A DNA stretch of 63,728 bases, filler included, from Collodictyon triciliatum (GCA_043381765.1; 3 parts of 3 records of this genome joined end to end with filler, not necessarily neighbours in it), one strand, 5' to 3'; positions 1 to 11,673 are shown, counted from the first letter of the whole stretch. Notes: generated by a model from the sequence alone, not told the origin. A program made the numbers and translations.

Positions 1-2151
1 AAATTTTTTTTCATTACTCGAATCTTTTATTCTTATTTTTTTTTTTTTTTTTTTACCAATGTCGACCGTAGTTCTGTGACACTATGATCCCAAGTAACAA
101 ATCTAGTCATGGCACAGAAGGGGTAAAATAATTATATTTTTGTATTAATTATCAATCACAAAATACGCTGATGCATATTTTGTACGTGTTTTAGTCTTAT
201 ATTTCTCTGTATATTTCACGATTCCAAATGATGAAGAAAAATGTAGAAAAATGTAGAAAAACGCTTATAATTCGCCACAGTGGATAGAAAGATCGTCTGC
301 TCTATGGACATGATTCTAGGATAGCTAAAACAGTCTACTCACTGTGAGGAAGGTATTATCTTAGTCGTGGTCAATGGCCTCAGAAACGATTTGTGAACAA
401 TGGGAAACCAAACATTCAAATCACCTCTGGTGACTTCATCAGCCTCATCAATTACCTGGTAGAAAATTGTGATTCGTTTTTTTATATTTTTATTTTGAAA
501 GCTAATGATCAATCCTAATTAGTTTAGTTTGCATCATAAAATAAAAGTATATCAATAATGAAAAGAACAGGACAAAAGTAAAATAACATACCATAATCAG
601 AAAAGAAAAGAAAAGAAAAGAAAAGAAAAGAAAAGAAAAGAAAAGAAAAGAAAAGAAAAGAAAAGAAAGACAAATGCTAAATTCAAAAATAAAAAACAAA
701 CGAAATATCTCAAGTCTGATAGAGTAAAGCCGGGAGATTTAGTAACGTGGTCGGTAATGCGTCCAATTGTTGTGACAAGGACATCTACCTTAGAGCACCT
801 ATGATGAAAAGTTTGTTATTAAATAGTACATGTATTTGATTATTGTCATTGAACTACGAATTGTCAAATGAGAGAAACTCTGACCATTCATTATCTATTT
901 TCTGAAGTAGATTCTGCTGTTCGATATGGAAAGGTGAAGTTCCAATGATAATCCCGCACTACATCATGATATATTATCATCACAAATTTGATAAAAGATG
1001 AAGACTTTTATGATGGGGAATGTGAAAGTTTATGCGACTCTTTATACTCGTCCTACCAGCAATAATTAATGCGTTTGTTTATATTGTAAGCTTGCCTTAA
1101 GATCAGTATATTTTGCGAGTTTATCAAACACGCTTTTCACTTGTATGGCCAAGTCACGTGTGGGTAGGATTATAAGAGCACGCAGACGAGTTATGATCCG
1201 TTCAATTAATTCCTAGGAGTTGATGTAATTTTATCACTAAATCAGGAGATTTGATACAGAAACGAAGATATGTAAAGAAATCAACCATTTATTTTACATG
1301 TATCAGTAGAACTTGTTTATGTACAAACCTGAATGATTGGAATCAGATAACAAAGCGTTTTGCCACTTCCTGTAGGAGCTCGAATGCATATATCTCGATG
1401 GCTTTCGCTAATTATCTTTGGAATAGCAGACCCCTGTTCACAAACATAGATGTACTTGTTGGAATAGGCACACACAAGATTTTTCAGTATTTTCGAGTTA
1501 TTATTTACACTTTCGAAAAAATTACCTGTATGGCAAAAGTTTGAGTCAATCCCATTTCATCCAAGGCTTTCACGATAGCCGGGTTTAACTTTCTTCCTAC
1601 ACAGTTTGTGAAAGAGGAGGAAAGATATTAAAATCATAAAGTGTTGACTCAAATTGAATTCAAAAAGGTTTATCAATATCGATGATAAGTGCAATAGCTT
1701 TCATATGATATGAAAGCTTGCAAAACTCTAGGGAAAACGCCCAGGGAAAACATAGTAGTAATAATATTCAATGCTTGACTCATAAATATTTTTTGGGATA
1801 CAGAAAACGATGGCAAGAAGGATCCTTTACACTCAACTTCTTTTTTTTTTATTTCCTCTTCAGCCACACGTGGTTTAGCCATATATTAAATAAAAACTAG
1901 TGCATACCTGAAGAGTCCAGGACAAGATCTTGGAATGGGAGTTCGAGCTGTGGGAGATTATCCTGCACGTCGAAGGTTGGCCGTGCTGCTTGCTTCTCGT
2001 CCTCGAAAGACTTTGCTGTAGGCACTTGCGGCGCTTTTTCAAACTCGCCAGAATATTCAAAAGGCCGTGATCTCTTGGGGAGACTTTCTGCGGAAAAGTG
2101 ACCTTGTGTGTCGGGCAGCGACACTTTTGGCCTTATTGGGTTTGAAGCCAT
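1..2151 (-). CDS. DDX51: DEAD-box RNA helicase, DDX51/Dbp6-like; multi-exon, 3' end runs off the window
   Basis: Spliced minus-strand exons give Q motif LNPAIVKALDEMGLTQTFAIQ, motif I RDICIRAPTGSGKTLCYLIPIIQ, motif Ia RLRALIILPTRDLAIQV, VDVLVTTIGRITDHV..PGFTLSDLRYF and VIDEAD (~430-457). RDIC.APTGSGKTL and RLRAL..LPTRDL are Dbp6/DDX51-type signatures (recalled). Confidence 0.85.
601..668. repeat. (AAAAG)n microsatellite in an intron
   Basis: Directly visible. Confidence 0.95.
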
Positions 2152-2261
2152 CTCCTTTTCTTTTCTTTTTTTTTTTTTTTTAAGAAAACCGAATAAACTA
2201 CTCCGACTAGTAGACTATCCCTGCAGGGGACTCTATTATTGTGATAATGATAACGATTATT

Positions 2262-2370
2262 AATATTATTAGTATTAGTATTATTGTTATTATTATTAGT
2301 ATTAGTATTATTGTTATTATTATTAGTATTAGTATTATTAGTATTAGTATTATTAGTATTAGTATCATTG
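2262..2370. repeat. Imperfect (TAT)/(TATTAG)n low-complexity repeat
   Basis: Directly visible. Confidence 0.9.
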
Positions 2371-2661
2371 CTATAATTGTTCATATCAACTAAATGATAA
2401 AGGCTTTTTCTTGAGTTCTGAGAAGAAGCGTCCTTGGATGCGTCCCGTTAGGACACTTTATGGTCTTTGCCCACAGACCCACCAGAAGATCTGTAGGCTG
2501 TTGCGCAAACTTGGGGAGGGCAATGGGTGTGTGGCTGAATAGCTTGCAGACGATGAGGACAAAAAGAACCCAATATATACCGTAATTATTTCCTTTTCTG
2601 GCCTCACCTCCCGCCCTCTCCACCGCGCTCACCTCTGTTTTCAGCCCAAATTACTTTTATT

Positions 2662-2790
2662 TACTACTAGAAGGGGTTTACCAATCTTTCGATTGGTAAA
2701 CCTGGTGGGGTAGTATCCAAGGGCTCACCACTTTTTTCACAAAGATTATGTAGTGGTGAGGGTTGCTAGGAAAGACCCAACAGCCTCTTT
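2662..2790 (-). ncRNA. Putative Fanzor omegaRNA scaffold and element right end
   Basis: Three consecutive stem-loops overlapping and following the Fanzor stop. 2761-2785: GGCUGUUGGG/CCUAGCAACC, two G-U pairs on the minus strand. 2724-2760: CUCACCACU/AGUGGUGAG, 9 bp. 2675-2702: perfect 12 bp GGUUUACCAAUC-GAAA-GAUUGGUAAACC. The position matches known TnpB/Fanzor omegaRNA loci. Confidence 0.65.
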
Positions 2791-4742
2791 TTTTTAAAGA
2801 AAGGTGTATGCATATTTTGAAGGATTAAAAGAACTTTCTTGAGTATATTATTAGCGCTGTTAAAGTCTTTGTCAAGAATACACTTTGTTTACTTTCTGAG
2901 TGATTGCATTCTTTACACATGAGACATCTATACAACCTTTTTTTGTATTTCCTTTCGGTTTCACATATTCCAGTTCTTTTTCGCAGTTACAACACATCTT
3001 GGAGGTTCTAAATTCATCTACACGGACTGTTTCAATACGTTTGGATAGTATCATTCGTAATTCTCTTCCGAATGTTGGCATAAAATGGTTTCATCGGACA
3101 TTTTCTGCTCCAGTCTCCATACGCCAGTACAACATCCTTGCCAAATGTCTTTTTGATTCAGTCCTTGAACAATGCTTCACTTCTTTTTGTATGAACATAC
3201 TGTCTCCATCTCATCTTTCAAAAAGTTACTTGCTCATAAAGTCTGGAAAGTTCTATCTGGTATCTAGATTTCATAGATACATATTTTCGAAATTTTTCAT
3301 AATCAACCGCGCGTGAATTATGTTTACTCAGTTACGTCCCTAAATCGGTTAAAGATACTCTTGATGTCTCAAACTGCTGATTCTCTTCAAAAGTTATGAG
3401 ACCAAAAGAAACAGCATTTAGTAAATCTGTCGCCATGCATACCCGAATAATTGTACTTTTTTTTCTCGCAAGAGTACGTTGTGATTTTCAAGAGATTTGC
3501 TATCATGTCTTCTTTGTTGTGCCGTGTAACGCAATTTCTTACCTGTCTCATCCGCCATGTAAACAAAATTAAACTTGCCTGCGTCCACTCCAGCTATTAT
3601 TTTTTTGTCGCTAATAAAGATAACTGCTCTTCGAAAAGTTCATCTACATAAACATATTCTTGATTTTTTGATTGTATTTGTATTTTGAATTTTGAAATAC
3701 CTTTCTTTTCAAACAATAATGACACCGCCAAGCCGTCTGTTTGTATCATGTATTTAAAATTGTAGTCTCTTTGATGAAAGACCCTCTTCTTCATTTCAAA
3801 GAACTCATCCCATAGTGTCTCTTTGCATCCTGATATATTCTTCAGTAATAATGTTTTTCCGGACAGTACTGATAAATCTATCAAACATGGAGTATCTAGA
3901 GTAATATGACATGGTATATTGGCAGTTCTTATAGAGATTAGTTGACAGTTTGGTTCCAATGTCCTCAAAGAAGGTATTCATGTAAATCGGACATGGTATG
4001 GACTTATTTGTATTGAATTTGACGTCATATTCGATACCATTTACAATATCGCTGGGAATGATATGATGCAAATGCGTTCTAGCTCATTCTTTATATTGTT
4101 CCGGTATGTCGAGTTTCTTGAAGATGACTTTTTTTAACTTTCGTAAGTCTGCCTTTTGAATAGCTTCCATAATATTCTCGTCTCTAGGAACTGTTTGATT
4201 TATAAAGCGCAGTAACCTCTTTACAGAATGTTCCTTAATGTTGTTGTGATAAGCTGTTAACATTTGCTTCGCCAAGTACGGTAATACATGAGACAATCCA
4301 ACCAACGGAAAACGTTCTTCTCGGGACAAAAGGAATCGAAAATCATTGAGATAAAAAGGTTACCATGTCATCTCTCATTTCTGGTTTTTTTAAAACTCTT
4401 GTGGGACCATCTTGTGAAACTATTCCGACTGTCTTTAAAGCGTCAAAAACAACATTTCATCGATTGTTGAGAGTTGTTGTGATTTCAATGTGTAACATCT
4501 TGCAAACATATAAGTGTCAGTAGCTAAATTATGACACAATAAAACCGTATCGTTGATTTTGTCATAGCCATCCCGGATTCTTTACAATCGACTGTAAAGA
4601 TGCTCTCACATTTTTATAGTCTGATTTTACAGACCTTATATTCTCAGACTCAATGCGTTCTCCTTTATTCATCTGAAAGTCTTTGTTTTACTTTTTCCTT
4701 TAGGAAAGTACCGAGTTTTCTATTTAATATAACTTTAGTCAT
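2766..4742 (-). pseudogene. Fanzor1: Fanzor1 (eukaryotic TnpB-like RNA-guided RuvC nuclease), full-length but frameshifted and with premature stops
   Basis: Stitched frames in order: YKNVRASLQSIVKN, KINDTVLLCHNLATDTYMFAR, QMLTAYHNNIKEHSVKRLLRFIN, IEYDVK, HITLDTPCLIDL, YMIQTDGLAVSLLF, RuvC-I IIAGVDAGKFNFVY (D 3583-3585), KLRYTAQQRR, KKTFGKDVVLAYGDWS, RuvC-II VDEFRTSKMCCNC (E 3013-3015), LYRCLMCKEC zinc finger, RuvC-III KDFNSANNIL (D 2865-2867). No introns, unlike host genes. Confidence 0.9.
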
Positions 4743-5214
4743 TCCGTCAATTTAATAAATAAAATAAAATTGCACAAAATCAATTTATGTATAATTAAGC
4801 ATCTACCGAGACTTTCAAAATGTGTGCTTTGTGGCAAACAAACTCACAAAGTTTTTTTACAAGTGATTTGAGACAAAACGCTGAGAGCTGATTCGGCGAG
4901 TTCGAAAAGGACGGCTGTATGGCGATTGCGACTGAAAGTCAACATATCGGCCCCAAACAACATAATTGCCGCCACAAGTGTGGATAGTAGCTTATTTGAT
5001 ATGCATGTTTGATGGCAGGTTTATAGGGTAGGTTCTGTCTGGGCCAAGGCAACGGCTTGTTTGTAATTTTTGTATTTTAATGACTAATTTTACATAAATG
5101 GAAAATAAAATATAATTTGATTTCAGGAATAGCATGAGGTCGCAAAGTATTTCATAACCTCGGGGAGTGCGGGGTGGCCGTGTTGTCATTCGCCTTCAGT
5201 GGAAATTTGGCCAC

Positions 5215-5370
5215 GGATCGAATCCAGGTCAGGGCTCCCGGTAGTTGCAGCTCCTTAGATTAGTAATCATTCCCAACCCTCTTGGGTGCAGTGATGGACC
5301 ATGAATCAAGCTTCCATACCAAGCCAGCATGCACCCTTAAACAACACGCGTCACTGCTTTCAACCAAGTC
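5215..5370. repeat. Dispersed ~160 bp repeat, copy 1 (homologous to 25575-25733)
   Basis: Colinear alignment, e.g. ggatcgaatc(c/t)aggtca..., accctcttgggtgca, catgaatc, acccttaaa. Confidence 0.8.
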
Positions 5371-5505
5371 GCATACAACTACATCGGACTGTAAAAAAAC
5401 CAAACCCCTTCCTTCCCTTCAATCGAATAAAGGGGAAAAAATATTGCCTCACGGCCATAAAGAAACAAAGAAACAAACATACGGTTGAAATTTTATTTAG
5501 TTGTT

Positions 5506-8500
5506 TTACGCCCTGCTTGTGGACAGGGATGTAAACTCGTAGACGGATTCCACAATCTCCCGAATTACAGAGGGCTGTTCCTCGCTGGCTTGGTGCCCTC
5601 CTTCGATGATGCGAACAAAGACTCCTGTCTGCTTCGATAGTGCGTCATCTAAGGCACATGCTTTGCTGTCAAATACCTGTGTTTTATGCGATTGTCATGG
5701 ATAAATTTTCTTCCGATGGACATAGAGCAGAACCACACTGGCAATCAAATAATTGCGTGTAATTGATTAGGAACGGAACCTTTAGGATATCAGCAAGATG
5801 GTTTCCTTGGGCGAATGAATCTTCGGAAGATCGGAGAACTACAAGACCTATACCCAAGTCCCCCAAAAAGGGGGTCGCGTTTTCGCTGTTTTGAAACCCT
5901 GCGATGGGCAGATGATTTCGTTTTTCAATTATACGTCATGCCACTTCAAGAAAAATAAATTGAACAATCCGACTTTCTAGGTAATATACAAAGATATCAT
6001 AGTTCACACCAACCGAAAGAATGAGTTCAAAATGCCCAGACATGTACAGACGATAAAAAAACAAAAGAGGAGAAACTGGAGCATTTTGCATTCCTACTAA
6101 CCCGATAGAAGAAACTTGCGCCCTGAGAGGGTTGTCAAATCGTCATCATTCATATGTAACAGGACGCGTGATTCTACGTTCTTTATAGTGCCGTCCTTAT
6201 ACATATTGACTGGACTGGAAGCAACTCGACTTCTTCTCTGCCTTGTAAGATAGCCTTCAGAGTAGAAAATATGCGAAAAGAACTAGAAAAATCAATTCGT
6301 CAGACAATAAGATGTGAAAGCCAAGATTGAAAAAAAAGAATGGAATGAAAGGTTAGAAATGAAATGTCGTGTTGATGGTAAATATATATTCATTCTTTCA
6401 TTGTAACTCCCAAACCGTCTGGATGCTATCAAATCCCGGATGGCTGGCTGTGGCATTATCGGCAGAGTAGAGGTTTTCAAATACAATTGATATGTGCGGG
6501 TCCACAGATAAAATAGGATTGACCATGATAATCGACCGAATCGGCCGATCCATAAACATGCGGCCTAATTGAACATCGCATTAAGATAAAAGGAGTGAAA
6601 TTACTCTGGTAATTGTAATCACATAAAATAGCAATCTTACGATACTGAACAGCCACACCGGCACCCAACCCGAAAGCCAGGAGACATGTAGGAAGATTTC
6701 GAATAGAAATAAATCCCTATAGGATATAGAATCAGATATACACGTGTTGACAAAGAAATTTTACTCTAGTATCATTTATATTCACCTCTTTTTCTATAGC
6801 TGTAATCAAGCTGTCCAGAACTTCAGCAGCATACGATGTTGAGAAGGTGGAATTGGTGTCAAATTTTGTTCTTGGTTGTCCTATTTGATTGTGTGCTCAC
6901 ATAAGAATTCCGTATCAATCCTTTTTATTTAATGAAACAAGCAGAACCATTGAAAGAAAGACGAATAAGGACGCTGCCTCAGAGCCGTGATACCTGGGTA
7001 GTTGTACATTATAATTCGACAGCCTGGGTTGCGACCAACAACAGGGGAGAAAAGTGGAATAAGAGCCTCAAAATCGTCCAGGAAGTCGTTAAAAATAAGA
7101 AAGTTTACTAAATGATATATTAAAGAATGGTTAGTGGTTGATGACTTCTTCAGTCACCCAAACATGTGTGGGACGATTGACAAAAATATTAGTAGCGATA
7201 TCACTTATAAACCTGATATTTCAATACTGGGGTCGGGATGTTGTAAGATTTTGAATGATATATTGACTTGATTTGATATTCTGCATTGTGCTTTACGACA
7301 ATTCTTCATTATATACGGGTACGTTGCAGACTTTATTCAAAAATAATTAGAAATCAGAATAATACTTTCGCAAATAGAATGATTGGTCCACGCAACGGAA
7401 AAAAAATATGAAAATGAGATGAACTTTGTTGCGCCTAAAGCTATAAGATACCTTGGCTTGCTTATGTTGTGATCGCTCTAGAGGCGACTCTGGGTCGAGA
7501 GGTAAAGGAAAAGGGGAAGGCGTGCGAGATAGCTTAGATATTTCAATATCTGAGGCTGACTTTGACGCCTTGATTTTCATGCGATCTGGGCGTGTCTGTG
7601 ACTAAAAAAAAAAAAAAAGCTACGTAATTACCACAATATTGACATGCATATTTAGAAGGATGAGCATCAGATTATAACTACCAAATATAGTTCCTCGCGA
7701 TCAATGAACTCAGATATTGATTCTTGAGTTTCTCCTAAATCTTTCAATTTCTAGAAATTTTTTCGTTGTATTGCAAACCCATAAAGATTACTAATCCATC
7801 TTTGAGAGAAAAAGGAAAAAAATGCTAATGTTCAAGTAATTGAGAGAGAACTAGTACTAGTAGAACTATTGTATGTATGTATGTATGTATGTATGTATGT
7901 ATGTATGTATGTATGTATGTATGTATGTATGTATGNNNNNNNNNNNNNNNNNNNNNNNNNNNNNNNNNNNNNNNNNNNTTTTCTTTTGTTTGTTTGTTTG
8001 TTTGTTTGTTTGTTTGTTTGTTTGTTTGTTTGTTTGTTTGTTTGTTTGTTTGTTTGTTTGTTAATTTGTTACTTTGACTATAGTTCCTTTCAAAATTGGA
8101 GAAGTAGTCCGCTGAACTGATCTAGATAATTGTGCATACAAACGATCCCGCTGTATGATATTTTTGTTAAAATGTGCATTTTTCCATACAAAGATACATG
8201 ATTAAATAGCTTAATTGCAGACTTGCTGAAAGTAAAATATTAAACTTATGTAGGGAACTTCCTACCTGTTGGTTGACATCAAGAATCTCCGTGGCATCTT
8301 TACTTACAGACGGAGACTAATTTATTGATTTTTATTAACCACTTGTCCATGAGATTATAGATATGATCCACCTGTTTTAGAAAAAAATCCTATGAAAACC
8401 ACCAAAGTCTACTCGTACCCTATTCTGCTGAGCGTCTCGCCTTTCTATGTCTTTTCTTAAGTATATAAAGTAGCATTTTGGACAAACAGTAACCTTCATT

Positions 8501-11500
8501 TGTTGTTGGATAATTAGTTATGTTCTTTCTAAGTATAGATAAACGCACTCATTCTCCATAATTTATGTTAGCAGTGGTCAATTAATTTGAATACATATTT
8601 GAAATATTTTGCAAAATGGATACGAAATGACACACGATTTATTGATATATTGTCATGGCAAAAAACCTCAGCGTAATAGTCTGTTGGTGCAAGGTCCTTC
8701 AAGTCCTTGGCCAATACCAGTGATTGTTGAGTATAAACTGGTTCTTAAGTTAGGGTAACGAAAAAATTAAAAACAATAATAAAAACGAAGCAATACAGTT
8801 TCTATTATCTATGAATGTGTAGGGTAGCGATTGTAAATATGTCCAAGTCCTTGAATTTTCACAAACCTGATTCTGTGAGTGAGTTGGATATAGGCTTCGA
8901 TGAACGTTCTTCGAGTCTTGCTAAGACGATTGACTGGTTTTTTTTTTTTTGGAAATTTTAAAAAAATAAACGATAAAGTATGGTATAAATTTAGTATTGG
9001 TGTGTTTTTCGATAACAGAATAGTCATGACCTTATTCATAATCTTGTAGTAATTATCTTTTTCAAGACGAGGCCGTCTTAGAATTAGCTCGACATCTGTC
9101 TTGGAATCACAATAATCTCCGTAACATCTGCTTGGCTGATTAACATATTGTTTTAGGATTGTCTCTACGCAATGTTGATTATGTATGTATATAGACTGTT
9201 CAAAACGTCATAACTGTGAATAAATATTATTCAAAGCTAATTTACCAAATGTATGCGTGATTTACTGACAACTCGAAGTTTTCCCATCTCTTCAGACTCC
9301 TGGATATGGGACAAAAAAAAATTGATTGATTAATTTATATATGTAAATAAGGATTATGAGGTCAAAGCTTTTTCAGAAATGTGCAAATTGGATTGAGATG
9401 AACAAAAATATTTATGAATGCAACTTCGATGTTGGCTGCAAAATTATTGCTTCGATCCATTTCTTCATCCTGGTATTCTGACTCGTCTTCGTCGCTTTCA
9501 TCCTTACCATAATAACCACGACCTGGTTTTGGTGATCTGGTAGGTAGTTCTTCTGGTAATTCTAACACTGTTATGTGCGTCGCATGAAAGAACCATGGCT
9601 ATTTCGGTTTATGAAGGGAGTTTGAGTACATAGATAGTTGGTGATGTGGCTAAAAATGCATTAATAGAAGAGCCCATATCTAAAATGGATGACTACCTTG
9701 TCATTGACATCGATTATGAAATACAATGATATTTTGAGAAATTTCTAGTTCCGCCGCACAGTCAAGGATATAATACAGGTATCAAATGTTTGGTTGTGAT
9801 GTATTCGAATTAGAAATTGATACACATGATTTTTAATTTTGAAAGCATATCTTGGTATATCTTTAGGATACAACATTTTCATGTGTTTCAATAAACTTGA
9901 TAATATCTACAGCCCATTTTTCCAAAAAGTAGTTAACATCTGACATCCGCGACGGAGTGAATTTTCTAACATACTTTGTTCTGATAATTATTTTGTGTTA
10001 GAAGGGAAATTACAATGAAGGGAAAGATAAAAAAACTTCATATACGCAGCGTACACATCGAATCTATATACGTATATATATTCTGCGTTTTTTATTAAAA
10101 AAAAGTAAGAGGTGGAAATTCATATGAAATTCATATTACGGAGGTGCCTGGTCTTTAAAGCGATACATCAAATCTTGTGATTCATCCAGGCTTTTGGGGG
10201 GTTGGTTTGCATTCAATCTAAGATTTTAAATTTTATGAATTTTTTGGAGAAAAATGAATTCTATATATCAATTTTATTTTTAAAAAAATCTGTAACTTTA
10301 TTATTTAGCCACACATCTCATACACTATTGACTTAATATGTAAACTGACTGATATGATAAAATATTCTGAAAACATACGCTGAGTAACTTTTCAAAGTAT
10401 ATATGTAAGGTTTTCCGAAATCTTGGAGAATATATTCCACTCGGAAACAAGAGTCTGATGAATACTATGGGATACCAAGAATGTTAGGAGAATTGCTTCA
10501 AAAATATAATATCTGAATTTTATTATATTTGATGGACAAAAAAAAAACCATGCAACCATACAACCTTGCTGGTAATAAAACTTTGAAGTGATACGGTGTT
10601 TCTTCGTGTGACAGGGGGCTCCTCTAACCAAGAACTCATGCTTTCAGACATCATAGGGTGAATAGTGTGTGTTCCTATATACAAAGCATTAAAATTTCAA
10701 CACGAGAAATATATTTTTCTTGTTCTCGTTTTACATGAGGACATATGGCCTTGTGCGTATATTTATACCATCCTGCTTCACTTTTCTAGAAACAGCCACA
10801 AATTCTTGGTGCCCTGCATTCACCGCATGGAACTTATCGAATTCTGTGCGAACTCTGCTATAGTCATTTTGGGGCAGGGTGTTTCTTTTCATGATTTTTC
10901 CTTCCTGTATCAAAGATTGACGGAATAAGAAAATAGTGAGAATAACAACAGAAATCCTTTTTTTTAATTAAATCAAAACCTTGTTTGTAAAGTACCAAGT
11001 GCGGAGATGACCTCCTTCAAAAATCAGCGTCTCTGGAATTGCAATGCTTAGCTTATCATCCTGACTCTATTTTTCAATCAAATAAAATAATCGTGATTGT
11101 TGCTATGTATTATTCAGTTGAGCGAATGTGCATGTTGATTATATTCCTAAATAAAAAAAAAACTGATTTCAAGGGGTTTAAGATGAAATACACACAAATG
11201 TGAGAAAAGGACGTATGACTCAATATGGTTTCCATCTATATTCTAACAGTTTGAATATTTGCACACACGGATCTCTTAATCACTTATAGAAAAATGGAGG
11301 ACTATAATCAACACAATTCAGACAGCGGTAACTTCATTTAAATGAATCCAAACCCAAAGACAAGTAAAAAGCCAATTTATATCTCGGATTTGAGGTGCCA
11401 TCGAGGGTGTTTGGCTGTGATTGACAGGATCCTGAGGTCCATAAATCCCGCTGGACATTAAAGGCGGCGTTACACTTCCCATGGGAAAGCCTACGACTAT

Positions 11501-11515
11501 GTTTGGATCTGCCTT
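5506..11515 (-). CDS. Large multi-exon hypothetical protein with C-terminal alpha/beta-hydrolase-fold domain lacking the nucleophile Ser; may be two genes, start uncertain, spans an N gap
   Basis: Exons include IAIPETLIFEGGHLRTWYFTNK|EGKIMKRN, KFLKISLYFIIDVNDK, FLIFNDFLDDFEAL..IIMYNYPGQPRT, LLAFGLGAGVAVQY, IRSIIMVNP and IIEGGHQASEEQP...RA*, with GT-AG boundaries. Confidence 0.55.
7870..8062. repeat. (TATG)n and (TTTG)n microsatellites flanking a 43-N assembly gap (7936-7978)
   Basis: Directly visible. Confidence 0.95.
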
Positions 11516-11673
11516 GTTTATGGTTATATATTTATATTTATGCTTGTCATTTAGAAGAGTATGAAGCTATTTACGTTATTGGTCTGAGTTATCGTTGGAT
11601 CAAGTAATAACATATTGTGTCTTTTATTCGTTCCATAGTTTTTTCCAGTGCTGTTTTCGTTCTTTTATGTTAT

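Noticed and set aside
502-699. ORFs of repeating residues here and at 7869-8120, 11595-12111, 18100-18553, 25156-25386, 36027-36329, 37807-38320, 38713-39165 and 57104-57609
   Set aside because: Translations of microsatellites or homopolymers, not genes
2390-2632. 80 aa minus-strand ORF downstream of the Fanzor end
   Set aside because: Non-ATG start, no recognisable motif, and no evidence that it belongs to the element
3340-3456. Possible GT-AG intron inside the Fanzor
   Set aside because: Removing it does not restore the frame, and most of the segment reads open into SLTDLGT*LSKHNS, so it is more likely coding sequence with a frameshift
5170-5230. tRNA or tRNA-derived SINE suggested by GGATCGAATCC
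   Set aside because: No convincing A-box or cloverleaf; the B-box match is imperfect
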